A stretch of DNA of 64,000 bases from Alphaproteobacteria bacterium (GCA_021732145.1 JAKFVN010000030.1:5974-69973), one strand, 5' to 3'; shown: positions 9,090-19,079, numbered from the stretch's first letter. Notes: generated by a model from the letters alone, not told the origin. Translations and numbers: made by a program.

Positions 9090-10371
9090 ATCACCACTCC
9101 GCCTTGGAATTGCAGGTCTTGGACATGTAGGCAGCGAAGTTGCGCGTATTATTGAAACGCAAGGCGCGCATCTGTCACGCCGTGGTGGCCGCGATATTGT
9201 GGTGACGGCAGTTTCTGCGCGCGACAAGAATAAACAACGCAGCTGCAAATTGGCGGGCGTTGCATGGGTGAATAACCCCGTTGAACTCGCGGCGCACAAA
9301 GATGTGGATGTGGTGGTGGAACTGATTGGCGGCAGCGAAGGCGTTGCGCGCGATTTGGCCACAGCAGCATTAAAAGCAAGCAAGCCATTCATCACCGCGA
9401 ATAAAGCATTATTGGCGCATCACGGCGTTGAATTGGCTAGTCTCTCGGAAAAGCACAACGTGGCGCTTTATTGCGAAGCGGCGGTAGCGGGCGGTATTCC
9501 CGTTATCAAAACGCTGCGTGAATCCTTGGCGGGCAATGCGGTCAAGGAAATCTATGGAATCTTGAACGGTACGTGCAATTATATCCTCACCACCATGCGT
9601 GAAACGGGAAGGGCCTTTGCCGATGTGCTGGCGGATGCGCAGCGCTTGGGTTACGCCGAAGCTGACCCGACCTTCGACATTGACGGGATGGATGCGGCGC
9701 ATAAGCTCGCGATTTTATCATCGCTTGCATTCAGCTCGCCCGTTGATTTATCGGCGCTGGCGGTAAGCGGCATTCGCAACATCAGCCTGGCAGATATTCA
9801 TTTTGCCGAAGAGCTTGGTTTCCGCATTAAACTGCTGGGTGTTTCACGCCAAACGGAAAAAGGCCTGATGCAACGTGTGTCACCTTATATGGTACCGCTT
9901 ACCGAACAGCTTGCGCATGTCGAGGGTGCGCTGAACGCTGTCTTCATCGAAGGCAGCGCGGTTGGCCCGCTCACCCTTATTGGTCGCGGCGCTGGCGCGG
10001 CGGCAACAGCATCATCCGTCTTGGGTGATATTATTGATGCGGCCAATGGCGGCGCGCCGCCAGCCTTTGGCGTTTCCGTTGCCAATATGAAGGCGATTAA
10101 ATCATTGCCGGACAGCGACAGCATCGGCGCATTCTATGTGCGCCTCATGGTGGCGGATGAACCCGGCGTGCTGGCGGACATGGCGGCGATTTTGCGCGAT
10201 GCGCGGATTTCCATTCAGTCGCTTTTACAAAAAGGCCGCAATGAAGCAGGCCCTGTGGCGGTGGTATTCATTACCCATGACAGCAATGAAAAGGCGATGG
10301 CAGACGCGCTGGCAAAGCTTGGCAAAATGCCATCTGTTCTCGAAGCGCCATGTGTAATAAGGATACTGTGA
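9082..10371 (+). CDS. hom: Homoserine dehydrogenase
   Basis: N-terminal NAD(P)-binding motif GIAGLGHVGSEV, homoserine dehydrogenase catalytic domain, and C-terminal ACT domain. 429 aa. Confidence 0.9.
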   Translation: MSKSPLRLGIAGLGHVGSEVARIIETQGAHLSRRGGRDIVVTAVSARDKNKQRSCKLAGVAWVNNPVELAAHKDVDVVVELIGGSEGVARDLATAALKASKPFITANKALLAHHGVELASLSEKHNVALYCEAAVAGGIPVIKTLRESLAGNAVKEIYGILNGTCNYILTTMRETGRAFADVLADAQRLGYAEADPTFDIDGMDAAHKLAILSSLAFSSPVDLSALAVSGIRNISLADIHFAEELGFRIKLLGVSRQTEKGLMQRVSPYMVPLTEQLAHVEGALNAVFIEGSAVGPLTLIGRGAGAAATASSVLGDIIDAANGGAPPAFGVSVANMKAIKSLPDSDSIGAFYVRLMVADEPGVLADMAAILRDARISIQSLLQKGRNEAGPVAVVFITHDSNEKAMADALAKLGKMPSVLEAPCVIRIL

Positions 10372-10404
10372 TGCGAATTCTGCCACATTAAGAAGAGATA
10401 TATA

Positions 10405-11430
10405 ATGCAAACCGCACTTAAAACACCAATAGGTAAAACGGAACCCGACATGACCCAAAAAACTTCCCCCGCCGTGATGGATCGCAACCTTGCCATTGAA
10501 CTGGTGCGCGTCACTGAAGCGGCTGCGCTTTCCGCTTCGCTTCTGGTTGGTCATGGCGATGAAAAGAAAGCCGACCAGGCGGCGGTGGATGCAATGCGCA
10601 AAGCACTGAACGTACTGCCGATTGATGGCACGGTGGTGATTGGCGAAGGCGAGCGCGATGAAGCGCCGATGCTGTATATTGGTGAAAAGGTTGGTAAGGG
10701 CGGCGCGCAATTGGATATTGCGCTCGACCCGCTGGAAGGCACTACCATCACCGCAACCGGCGGCCCAAATGCATTGGCCGTTATTGCGATGGCGGAAAGC
10801 GGCGGGTTCCTGAATGCGCCCGACGTATATATGGACAAGATTGCGATTGGCCCGAATTATCCCGAAGGCATTATTGATCTGGATAATTCGGTTCAGCAAA
10901 ACGTCAAAAACATCGCGCAGGCACGCAAAGCCGATCCATCGGAATTGCTGGTATGTATTCTGGACAGGCCGCGCCATCAGGAATTAATCGCAAAGGTTCG
11001 CGAAACAGGTGCGCGCATCATGTTGATTGGCGATGGCGATGTGAGCGCCGTGATTGCAACTACATCACCCGAAACCGGCGTCGATGTTTACATGGGCACT
11101 GGCGGCGCGCCGGAAGGTGTTCTTGCCGCTGCCGCGCTTCGTTCCATTGGCGGGCAAATGCAGGGCCGTTTGCTGTTCAGAAATGATGAAGAAAAATCAC
11201 GCGCTGCACGCTGGGGCGTGAAGGATTTGAACCGCAAATACAATCTGATGGATTTGGCGAAGGGCGATGTGATGTTTGCCGCAACCGGCGTAACCACAGG
11301 CCCGATGCTTAAAGGCGTTCGCCGCTTCCCCGGTGGCGCATATACGCATTCCGTGGTCATGCGTTCCAAAACCGGAACTGTGCGCTACATGGAAGCTTCC
11401 CATAACTTTCGTACAAAGCCTTGGTCGTAG
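10405..11430 (+). CDS. glpX: Fructose-1,6-bisphosphatase class II (GlpX)
   Basis: Strong similarity to the GlpX core (AIELVRVTEAAALSA...IGEGERDEAPMLYIGEKVG...). The hom-glpX adjacency is typical. The conserved core begins at MDRNLAIE (about 10477), so the real start may be 10450 or 10477. Confidence 0.85.
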   Translation: MQTALKTPIGKTEPDMTQKTSPAVMDRNLAIELVRVTEAAALSASLLVGHGDEKKADQAAVDAMRKALNVLPIDGTVVIGEGERDEAPMLYIGEKVGKGGAQLDIALDPLEGTTITATGGPNALAVIAMAESGGFLNAPDVYMDKIAIGPNYPEGIIDLDNSVQQNVKNIAQARKADPSELLVCILDRPRHQELIAKVRETGARIMLIGDGDVSAVIATTSPETGVDVYMGTGGAPEGVLAAAALRSIGGQMQGRLLFRNDEEKSRAARWGVKDLNRKYNLMDLAKGDVMFAATGVTTGPMLKGVRRFPGGAYTHSVVMRSKTGTVRYMEASHNFRTKPWS

Positions 11431-13169
11431 CGCGCTCGCTCACTAACCGTAAATGGATAGTGCAGCCAAGCGATGACCGCTTGGCGCTGACGATACAGCA
11501 GCGCCATGCCGTGCCAGATATTGTCGCGCGCGTCATGACCATTCGCGGTGTGACGCTTGATGACGCAGCAGATTTTCTAGACCCCACGCTTCGCGCATTA
11601 CTGCCCGACCCATTCCATTTAAAAGATATGGATGCTGCCGTATCGCGCATGATTGCCGCGATAAAGAATAAGGAAAAAATCTGCGTGTTCGGTGATTACG
11701 ATGTGGATGGTGCAACATCTTCCGCCTTACTCATCCGTTTTTGCCGCGCGATTGGCGTTGAACTTTCCTATTACATCCCCGACCGCATGACGGAAGGGTA
11801 CGGCCCCAACGCAGCCGCGTTGCAGAAATTGGCAGCAGATGGGTTTAAGCTGGTGATTACGGTTGATTGCGGACAAACCGCACATGAGCCATTGGCAGCA
11901 GCCAAAGCGGCTGGGCTTGATGTGATTGTGCTGGACCACCACGCGGGTGAACCCAAAATGCCGCCAGCGGCAGCGATTGTGAACCCCAACCGGATTGATG
12001 AAGCATCTGACAGCCGTCATATCGCAGCCGTGGGCGTGACGTTTTTATTCTTGGTGGCGCTGAATAACAAACTCCGCGAACAGGGTATGGCGACATCGCC
12101 CAATTTGATGGATGAATTGGATATTGTTGCCCTCGGCACTGTATGCGATGTGGTTTCATTGACTGGGATTAACCGCGCATTTGTGCGTCAGGGCCTGCGC
12201 GTGATGGGGCAGAGCAAGAATATCGGCATTAATGCGCTGCTGAATGTAGCGCGCAATAAGGGCAGCGTGGATACCTATACGGCGGGCTTTGTGTTGGGCC
12301 CGCGCGTGAATGCGGGTGGCCGCGTTGGTAAATCCGATTTGGGAACAAGGCTGCTGAGCACCACCAATGAAAATGAAGCGCATGATATAGCTGTGCAGCT
12401 GGAACAATTAAATGAAGAACGCCGCGCGATTGAAGCCGATACGCTGGAACAGGCATTGAACATGATACCCACCACCAAAACCCATGCCGCGTTTGTGGAT
12501 GGTGATGGTTGGCACCCCGGTGTCATTGGCCTTGTGGCATCACGCGTGAAAGACCGTTTTAATTTGCCGGTCTTTGCCACAGCCTTTGATGGCGATGTGG
12601 GCCAAGAAATTGGCAAGGGCAGCTGCCGTTCGATAAAGGGCATTGATATTGGCGCGTTGATTATCGCGGCGCGGCAGGAAGGCTTGCTGGTCAATGGCGG
12701 TGGGCATGCGATGGCAGCGGGCTATACCATTGCCAAAAGCGCATATCCGGCGTTTAAAGAATTTGTTGAAGCACGCCTTGCAAAAGTTTTGGCAGAAACA
12801 CCACTTGAACCCACCTTGATGCTTGATGGATTATTATCGCTTGGCGGCGTGACGGTGGAACTTGCAGAAAAACTGCAGCAGCTTGCGCCCTTTGGCGCGG
12901 GCAACCCCGAACCGCGCTTTGCGATGATGGATGTAAAATTACTGCGCGCCGATTTGGTGGGCGCAAACCATTTGCGTCTTGTCTTTAGCAGTGAAATGGG
13001 CGGCACGCTCAGCGCCATTGCCTTCCGCGCTATGGATAATGAGATGGGGAAGGCTCTGGTTGATTTGAAAAAGGGCAGCCGAGTCAATGTGGCGGGGTAT
13101 ATCCGTTTGAATACCTATGCCATGCGAACCGATGTGCAATGGGTCGTAGAGGACATCGCAATTGCCTAA
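11421..13169 (+). CDS. recJ: Single-stranded-DNA-specific exonuclease RecJ
   Basis: DHH phosphoesterase motifs (VFGDYDVDGATSSA, ITVDCG, DHHAGEP) and a DHHA1 region. TTG start at 11421 overlapping the glpX stop. Length is consistent with RecJ. Confidence 0.85.
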   Translation: MVVARSLTNRKWIVQPSDDRLALTIQQRHAVPDIVARVMTIRGVTLDDAADFLDPTLRALLPDPFHLKDMDAAVSRMIAAIKNKEKICVFGDYDVDGATSSALLIRFCRAIGVELSYYIPDRMTEGYGPNAAALQKLAADGFKLVITVDCGQTAHEPLAAAKAAGLDVIVLDHHAGEPKMPPAAAIVNPNRIDEASDSRHIAAVGVTFLFLVALNNKLREQGMATSPNLMDELDIVALGTVCDVVSLTGINRAFVRQGLRVMGQSKNIGINALLNVARNKGSVDTYTAGFVLGPRVNAGGRVGKSDLGTRLLSTTNENEAHDIAVQLEQLNEERRAIEADTLEQALNMIPTTKTHAAFVDGDGWHPGVIGLVASRVKDRFNLPVFATAFDGDVGQEIGKGSCRSIKGIDIGALIIAARQEGLLVNGGGHAMAAGYTIAKSAYPAFKEFVEARLAKVLAETPLEPTLMLDGLLSLGGVTVELAEKLQQLAPFGAGNPEPRFAMMDVKLLRADLVGANHLRLVFSSEMGGTLSAIAFRAMDNEMGKALVDLKKGSRVNVAGYIRLNTYAMRTDVQWVVEDIAIA

Positions 13170-13228
13170 AAAGGCCAATAAAACAGCCACTTACGCTTCG
13201 TAAACGATTTTGGCTTAGAATCAACGGC

Positions 13229-13693
13229 ATGAGCCAGACATTGCGCGAAGCACAACACAACATGACCAAGAACGTGACCTTTGCACCAAAGGTTCCGTTC
13301 ATTATTTGGCTGCTTGAAAATCCGCATTCACCCATTTGTCTGCCCGGGGCAATCACATTGCAGCAGCATGATTATGTGCATTGCCTTTTAGGTGCGAATT
13401 TAAAATTAGACGGTGAAGCATTCGTGATTGGATTTACGATGGGTTGCGCGCCGCGCAAACATGCATTGCATCTGGCGATCTTTAAATTCGCAAGTTGCTA
13501 TTGCTATCCGCGCAAATACCGTTTTTCGGGCCGCAAGCACTGGATTATTTTCAAGCGCGGTTATGATTTGGCGCAGCAAACGCAAATCCGCGATTTGAAT
13601 GCATTTGATTTTCAAAGCTGGCTGGATAAGCCCGTTGAACAATTGCGCCAATTGTTCTTTGGCGACCGCTCCAAGGAACTATTAAACGTCTAA
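13229..13693 (+). CDS. Coq4-like protein (ubiquinone biosynthesis COQ4 family motif HDxxH-x11-E)
   Basis: Contains HDYVHCLLGANLKLDGE, a match to the Coq4 putative zinc-ligand motif HDxxH-(x)11-E. The ORF track start (13139) overlaps recJ by 30 nt, so I placed the start at the in-frame ATG at 13229. Confidence 0.4.
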   Translation: MSQTLREAQHNMTKNVTFAPKVPFIIWLLENPHSPICLPGAITLQQHDYVHCLLGANLKLDGEAFVIGFTMGCAPRKHALHLAIFKFASCYCYPRKYRFSGRKHWIIFKRGYDLAQQTQIRDLNAFDFQSWLDKPVEQLRQLFFGDRSKELLNV

Positions 13694-15670
13694 TTCCTTC
13701 GCAAAATGCGCGTTTTCCTGAATAAACTTGAAACGGCTTTCAGGCTTCTTACCCATTAATGCTTCCACCAAATCGGCTGTGTCTTTGACAAGGTCGCGTT
13801 CGTTGGAGTCATGCGCGTTGGGAAGATGAACGCGCAGCAAGGTGCGTTTCTTGGGATCCATCGTTGTGTCGCGCAATTGCACGGGTTGCATTTCACCAAG
13901 ACCTTTAAAGCGGCTAACCTCTACCTTCGCGGTTTTTGCAAATTCCTTCGCCAGCAATTCATCCTTATGCGCGTCATTGCGTGCATAAAACATCTTCGTG
14001 CCGTGGACGAGGCGATAGAGTGGCGGTTGCGCCAAGAATAAATGCCCATTGGCAATCAGTTGCGGCACTTCGCGGTAGAAGAAGGTCATCAATAGCGCGG
14101 CAATATGCGCGCCGTCTACGTCAGCGTCGGTCATGATGATAATACGTTCATAGCGCATTTTATCGGATGCAAATTCCTTACCCATCGGGCAACCCATCGC
14201 CAAAATCAAATCGCTGAGTTCCTGATTGGCGCGCATTTTTTCAGATGTTGCGCTGGCGACGTTCAAAATCTTGCCGCGCAATGGCAAAATGGCTTGGGTT
14301 TCGCGGTTACGTGCCTGTTTTGCGGAGCCGCCGGCGCTATCGCCTTCAACAAGGAATAATTCGGTGCCTTCGGGTTCGGTGCGGCTGCAATCCGCAAGTT
14401 TACCCGGCAGACGCAATTTTCGCGTTGGTGTTTTGCGTGATTGTTCCTTGGCGAGCGCGCGCTTTAATCGCTCATCCGACTTATAAATCATCGCATCAAT
14501 CAGCTTCGCGCTTTCAGCCGGATTGCCCACCAGCCAATGATCGAAATGGTCTTTCACAACTTGGTCAACCCAGCGTGCAGCTTCGGCTGTGGCCAGCTTT
14601 TCCTTGGTTTGGCCCTGGAATTGCGGGTCAGGGATAAAGGCGGAGAGCAGCATCACCGCGCCATCCAGCAAATCATCGCTGGTAACCTGCGAGATTTTCT
14701 TTTTACCCGTCAAATCACCATAGGCACGAAGGCCGCGCAGCAATGCCGTGCGTAAACCGCTTTCATGCGTGCCGCCTTGCGGTGTTGGAATAGTGTTGCA
14801 ATAGGAATGCGAGAAACCATCTTCGCCATCATCGGGCCATGCGACGGCCCATTCGACCTTGCCGCCCTTTACAGGCAAATCTGCCAGGCCACCAAATGCG
14901 TTTTGCGTAACGGTGCTGCGGCCTTCAATCGATGTTTTTAAATAATCTTCCAAACCACCGGGGAAGTGGAAAGTGGCGGTTGCCGGAATATCCTTCTGGC
15001 CTTCCAGCAGGCTTTCATCACAGCTCCAGCGGATTTCAACGCCGCGGAACAGATACGCCTTGGAACGCGCAAGACGATAGAGCAGGGCAGGCTTAAACTT
15101 TGCCTTCGCGCCAAAAATTTCCAAATCAGGGCGAAAGCGCACGGTGGTGCCGCGCTTATTGGGCGCTGCGCCAACTTTTTCGAGCTTTGATTTTGGCGCG
15201 CCGCGGCTGTATTTTTGACGCCAAAGCACCTTGTCACGCGCAACTTCAACTTCGAGGTGTTCAGATAAAGCGTTTACAACCGAAATACCCACGCCGTGCA
15301 AGCCGCCCGATGTTTGATAGGCTTTTTGCGTAAACTTACCGCCCGAATGCAGCATGGTCAGGATAACTTCCAAGGCGGATTTCGTCGGGTATTTGGGGTG
15401 CTTATCAACCGGGATGCCGCGGCCATTATCGCTGATGCTGAGCGTGCCGTCGGCCGCCAAATCCATTTCAATGCGGTTGGCAAAGCCGGCCACGGCTTCG
15501 TCCATCGCGTTATCCAGCACTTCGGCCACAAGATGGTGCAGCGCCTTTTCATCGGTGCCGCCAATATACATGCCGGGGCGGCGGCGCACGGGCTCAAGGC
15601 CTTCTAAAACCTCGATATCATCTGCGGTATATTGCGCGGCCTTTGCCGCATTCCCGAATAGATCAGCCAT
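13682..15670 (-). CDS. parE: DNA topoisomerase IV subunit B (ParE)
   Basis: GHKL ATPase motifs (HHLVAEVLDNAMDEA, GLHGVG), a TOPRIM domain (EGDSAGG) and the GyrB/ParE C-terminal region. About 660 aa without the GyrB insertion, which favours ParE over GyrB. The ORF track start at 15682 is a TTG; the ATG (MADLF) is at 15670. Confidence 0.8.
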   Translation of the reverse strand: MADLFGNAAKAAQYTADDIEVLEGLEPVRRRPGMYIGGTDEKALHHLVAEVLDNAMDEAVAGFANRIEMDLAADGTLSISDNGRGIPVDKHPKYPTKSALEVILTMLHSGGKFTQKAYQTSGGLHGVGISVVNALSEHLEVEVARDKVLWRQKYSRGAPKSKLEKVGAAPNKRGTTVRFRPDLEIFGAKAKFKPALLYRLARSKAYLFRGVEIRWSCDESLLEGQKDIPATATFHFPGGLEDYLKTSIEGRSTVTQNAFGGLADLPVKGGKVEWAVAWPDDGEDGFSHSYCNTIPTPQGGTHESGLRTALLRGLRAYGDLTGKKKISQVTSDDLLDGAVMLLSAFIPDPQFQGQTKEKLATAEAARWVDQVVKDHFDHWLVGNPAESAKLIDAMIYKSDERLKRALAKEQSRKTPTRKLRLPGKLADCSRTEPEGTELFLVEGDSAGGSAKQARNRETQAILPLRGKILNVASATSEKMRANQELSDLILAMGCPMGKEFASDKMRYERIIIMTDADVDGAHIAALLMTFFYREVPQLIANGHLFLAQPPLYRLVHGTKMFYARNDAHKDELLAKEFAKTAKVEVSRFKGLGEMQPVQLRDTTMDPKKRTLLRVHLPNAHDSNERDLVKDTADLVEALMGKKPESRFKFIQENAHFAKELDV

Positions 15671-15774
15671 GAAATAACCCAATTTCCCTAAATAATGAAA
15701 CTATAATAAGCGTATATGACCCGCCGTAATTAGGCTAAAGATATAGCATTCAAACAACTTATTGATGTAATGTG

Positions 15775-16674
15775 ATGAAGCTGAGTTCTGAGTCTGTCAA
15801 ACTGAAATTTTTAGCCTTATTATTCATGTGCTGCCTTACTGGGCAAGCGCATGCCGAGCAGCTGCCAAACGTTAAAAGCCTCAAGTTGAGCTATAGCGTC
15901 TATGTGGGGGGGATTCACGCCATGAACGGCGTGATCGGCTTTACCAAAGCGGCGGGCACTTACAACATCAACCTGACGACGGGAACGCAAGGCTTTCTTC
16001 GCCGCCTTGCACCGTGGGATGCAGAGGTTTCATCGCGCGGCCGTTTTGCAAAAGCAGCAGTGCTGCGTCCCAGCATTGGCAATGTGATGACCAAGTGGGA
16101 TAACAAGCCATATCATGTTGGCTTCGCCTATAACAGAAACAAGATAAAGGCATTGTTCAATCCACCCGAAGGCGATGGCAATAACGAACATGTGCCGGAA
16201 GAAATGAAGCAGGGCGCGCTTGACCCGCTAAGCGGCGTGCTGCAGGTGATTTCAAACACGACGTATAATAGCGAATGCAATCAGAATGTGCCGATTTATG
16301 ACGGGCACCGCCGTTTCGATTTAAGCCTGAGCAATAGCGGGCATGAGGATTTGGACGGTGAAGGTTATTCCGTATTCACTGGCACCGCGCAGCGCTGCAT
16401 TGTGGATTTCAAAATGCTGGCTGGTTCGCGCAAAGACCGCGAAGGCAGCCATTTCTGGCAGGATGGCACGGATAATAATGCCAATCAGGGCAATGTGAAT
16501 GGTCGCTTCGGCAATTCCAGCCGCCCGCCCGTGTACATCTTCCTTGGCAAGGTGCGCGATGATTTGCCGGAAATTCCGGTGCGTGCTGAAACCAGCACCG
16601 TATTCGGCGGCATCGTCGTTCACCTTACCAGGGTTGAAGGCGGCGGCGGGAAAACGCTGACCATTCCCGATTAA
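15775..16674 (+). CDS. Secreted hypothetical protein (possibly DUF3108-like)
   Basis: N-terminal signal peptide (LKFLALLFMCCLTGQAHA). From memory the YDGHRRFDL-type segment resembles DUF3108 proteins, but I cannot verify this. ATG at 15775 (the ORF track start is a GTG 3 nt upstream). Confidence 0.35.
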   Translation: MKLSSESVKLKFLALLFMCCLTGQAHAEQLPNVKSLKLSYSVYVGGIHAMNGVIGFTKAAGTYNINLTTGTQGFLRRLAPWDAEVSSRGRFAKAAVLRPSIGNVMTKWDNKPYHVGFAYNRNKIKALFNPPEGDGNNEHVPEEMKQGALDPLSGVLQVISNTTYNSECNQNVPIYDGHRRFDLSLSNSGHEDLDGEGYSVFTGTAQRCIVDFKMLAGSRKDREGSHFWQDGTDNNANQGNVNGRFGNSSRPPVYIFLGKVRDDLPEIPVRAETSTVFGGIVVHLTRVEGGGGKTLTIPD

Positions 16675-16682
16675 TTCCTTCG

Positions 16683-17051
16683 TTAATTGATGACTGCCGC
16701 CTGGCCCATGCGTGCAACCGCGCTTAATGCGGCGCGCATCGCAAAGGATGGTACGTATTGCGGCGGCATCCCGTTAACAAGATTGCTTGTTACACGGTAG
16801 ATTTCATAGGTTCCAACCTTATCAAAGCGTTCGCCAATCGGTTCCGCCCAAAACCGTGCCGCCGCATAGCCTTTTTCGTGCCAGTAAATCTCGAGCCGCT
16901 TGGCCAAGGCCATTGCGCCCTTTTGCGTGAGGTATTCACCCAGCAAGGGCTTCCCATCACTTTCCTTGGTATCTAGCGCATCTTCATTTTGACCTATTGA
17001 TATAAGGATATTTCTAACTTTCTGACCACACTTCTTAATACGCATTCCCAT
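16683..17051 (-). CDS. Hypothetical protein (122 aa), divergently transcribed from the XRE regulator
   Basis: Near-perfect SD (AAGGAG) 9 nt upstream of the ATG at 17051. Lower GC than its surroundings. No recognisable motif. Confidence 0.45.
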   Translation of the reverse strand: MGMRIKKCGQKVRNILISIGQNEDALDTKESDGKPLLGEYLTQKGAMALAKRLEIYWHEKGYAAARFWAEPIGERFDKVGTYEIYRVTSNLVNGMPPQYVPSFAMRAALSAVARMGQAAVIN

Positions 17052-17321
17052 AATGCTATCTCCTTATTATTGTTGTGTTTTAAATAAGCATCCCACTTGG
17101 TTCCTTGGGTAAGTGAGACAGCGATGGCTGGCATCCAAACTCAATCGGACCAAAATTAATGCTATTTGTGTACTAGGGGTATGGGGGGGTATGCAACAAG
17201 ATAATTTGTTTCAATTAAGAAAAAAATAGTAAAAATTTGTTGAATAATACAAATCTGCTTGTATAGTCAAAATCAGGCTCTGCTGGGTTTCCAGCGTTAT
17301 TCCATCAAATGGTAAGGTTAC

Positions 17322-17786
17322 ATGCCGCATAGAAAATCAGGATTGGGCGCGCGCGTGCGCCAGCTTCGTGAAGAGCGTGGATGGAGCCAGAATGATTTAG
17401 CGGCGCAATTGCCCGGCGTAAAACAGCAATCGGTTGATCAGCTGGAAAATGGCAAGGTTGGCCGCCCGCGCTTTTTGCCGGAACTGGCAACCGTGCTGCG
17501 CACGTCGGTGCAATGGCTGCTGACCGGAGATGGCCAGCCCAACGTTAAGAAGGGCCATGCCAGCGATGCAACGATTGATGCGGAATTGCTGCGCGATGTG
17601 ATGATTGCCGTTGAAAAAGTATTGACGCAAAACAATACCAAGATGGATGAAAAGCACCGTGCGGAAATGATTGCGGTGCTGTATGACATGATGCGCAACG
17701 AAGAAAAGGCAACGGCCGAAAAAATGCAGCAGGCGGCAAGCAACATCATCAGCTACAGCAAATTTTTAAAACGCGGCGGGCATTAA
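17322..17786 (+). CDS. XRE-family (Cro/CI-type) helix-turn-helix transcriptional regulator
   Basis: The N-terminus (LGARVRQLREERGWSQNDLAAQLPGVKQQSVDQLENGK) is a classic HTH_3 motif. The C-terminal 90 aa are unassigned. An AT-rich 270-bp region lies upstream. Confidence 0.7.
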   Translation: MPHRKSGLGARVRQLREERGWSQNDLAAQLPGVKQQSVDQLENGKVGRPRFLPELATVLRTSVQWLLTGDGQPNVKKGHASDATIDAELLRDVMIAVEKVLTQNNTKMDEKHRAEMIAVLYDMMRNEEKATAEKMQQAASNIISYSKFLKRGGH

Positions 17787-17850
17787 GTTTATAACTAATG
17801 CGACTGCTCTGCGCCTTCCATTGCAAGAATGGGCATGCACCGTGACTGCA

Positions 17851-18198
17851 TTAGCGGCGTTCCTGCTCGGCGAGGAATTTAACGGCGGTGCTCCATTGCC
17901 GCGCTTTCAAATCCTGCAATTGCTCGATGTGAAATCGCGCGCAAATGCTTTGCGTCATCTGGTTTTGCGTAACATGATTATTGCGCGCGCCCAGCTCAAT
18001 AATATTGGTCAGCGCGGTATATTCATTAATATCAATCGGGCGGTTGAAGTCGCGTAGCACAAAGCCCCAGCCGATAATGAATGACAATGTGCAAGTCGCG
18101 ATAAGAAAATTGGCGATGCGTTGCTTGCGGCGGCATTCTTCAAAGCATGGTAAGAGGTTTTTTACCAAATCGGCGATGTGTTGCTGCCTGGCTTCCAT
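17851..18198 (-). CDS. Hypothetical single-pass membrane protein
   Basis: ATG at 18198 preceded by GAGGTG SD at 4-5 nt spacing. One TM segment (IANFLIATCTLSFIIGWGFVL). Preferred over the overlapping plus-strand ORF 17821..18057. Confidence 0.4.
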   Translation of the reverse strand: MEARQQHIADLVKNLLPCFEECRRKQRIANFLIATCTLSFIIGWGFVLRDFNRPIDINEYTALTNIIELGARNNHVTQNQMTQSICARFHIEQLQDLKARQWSTAVKFLAEQERR

Positions 18199-18407
18199 AA
18201 TCACCTCTGTTTAGATATTGCTTTTTACCCAAATCTATTTATGCATTTTTTATGCCTGCCTGAGATTTTAAGACGATTATGATGAACAAGTTTTTAATGC
18301 GGCATGTCGTACTTAATGCGCATTAGCCAAGGCAAAGATGGCCGTACCGCAAGTTACAGAATGCAACTGCTTGATATGCATTTATTTTTTTGCGGGCGCG
18401 TTTGCTA

Positions 18408-19079
18408 TTACAAAATGTGCAGCGCAACACGGCAATCATCGACATGATTTGCAATCGCATTTGGCTTTAAATGTGCGGGCCAGTCATGGCTGTACCCATA
18501 CGATAGTATGACAGATGGAATGCCGGCCTCATGCGCGGACAGCGCGTCATTCGGGCTATCGCCAATCATCACGGCATCATCATTGGCGATGTTCAATTCA
18601 TGCAGCGCGTGCAAAATCGGCATGGGATGTGGCTTGCGTTCGCGTAAGGTATCGCCGCCAATAATAATGTGAAAAAAAGCGGCAAGGTTAAGTTGCGTTA
18701 AGATGCGCCGCGCCGCTGCTTCATGCTTGTTGGTAACAACGCCCAGCTTTGTGCCGTTTGCAAATTCTGTTTTAAGAAAATCGAGCATGCCCGGATAAAT
18801 GCATTCGGGCATGGCGACGATGCCCTCGTAAATCTTTAAGAATCGCGCGGTCATCGCGGGCAGTGCATCGGGGGGTAGCGGTAGCTCCCCGGTGAGTCGC
18901 CATGCCTTTTCCAGCATCACCTTTAAGCCATCGCCCGTGCAGGACTTCATTTCATCCAGCTTAATCGGACGGCGGTTTTCCTGACCCAAAAGGATGTTCA
19001 TCGTTGCGCATAAATCGGGCGCGCTGTCGATAATGGTTCCATCAAGGTCAAAAAGAATGGCTTTAAAGCGGTGGGGCAT
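18408..19079 (-). CDS. HAD-superfamily hydrolase, phosphoglycolate phosphatase-like
   Basis: HAD motif I (FDLDGTIIDS), motif II (VVTNK) and motif IV (IGDSPNDALSAHEAG). The ORF track start at 19139 is a GTG abutting glmU; the ATG at 19079 (MPHRFKAILFDLDGT) is more plausible. Confidence 0.7.
   Translation of the reverse strand: MPHRFKAILFDLDGTIIDSAPDLCATMNILLGQENRRPIKLDEMKSCTGDGLKVMLEKAWRLTGELPLPPDALPAMTARFLKIYEGIVAMPECIYPGMLDFLKTEFANGTKLGVVTNKHEAAARRILTQLNLAAFFHIIIGGDTLRERKPHPMPILHALHELNIANDDAVMIGDSPNDALSAHEAGIPSVILSYGYSHDWPAHLKPNAIANHVDDCRVALHIL

Noticed and set aside
17821-18057. Plus-strand 78-aa ORF overlapping the small membrane-protein gene.
   Set aside because: No SD. It overlaps the minus-strand ORF, which has a canonical GAGGTG-ATG arrangement and a clear TM helix, so the minus-strand gene was preferred.
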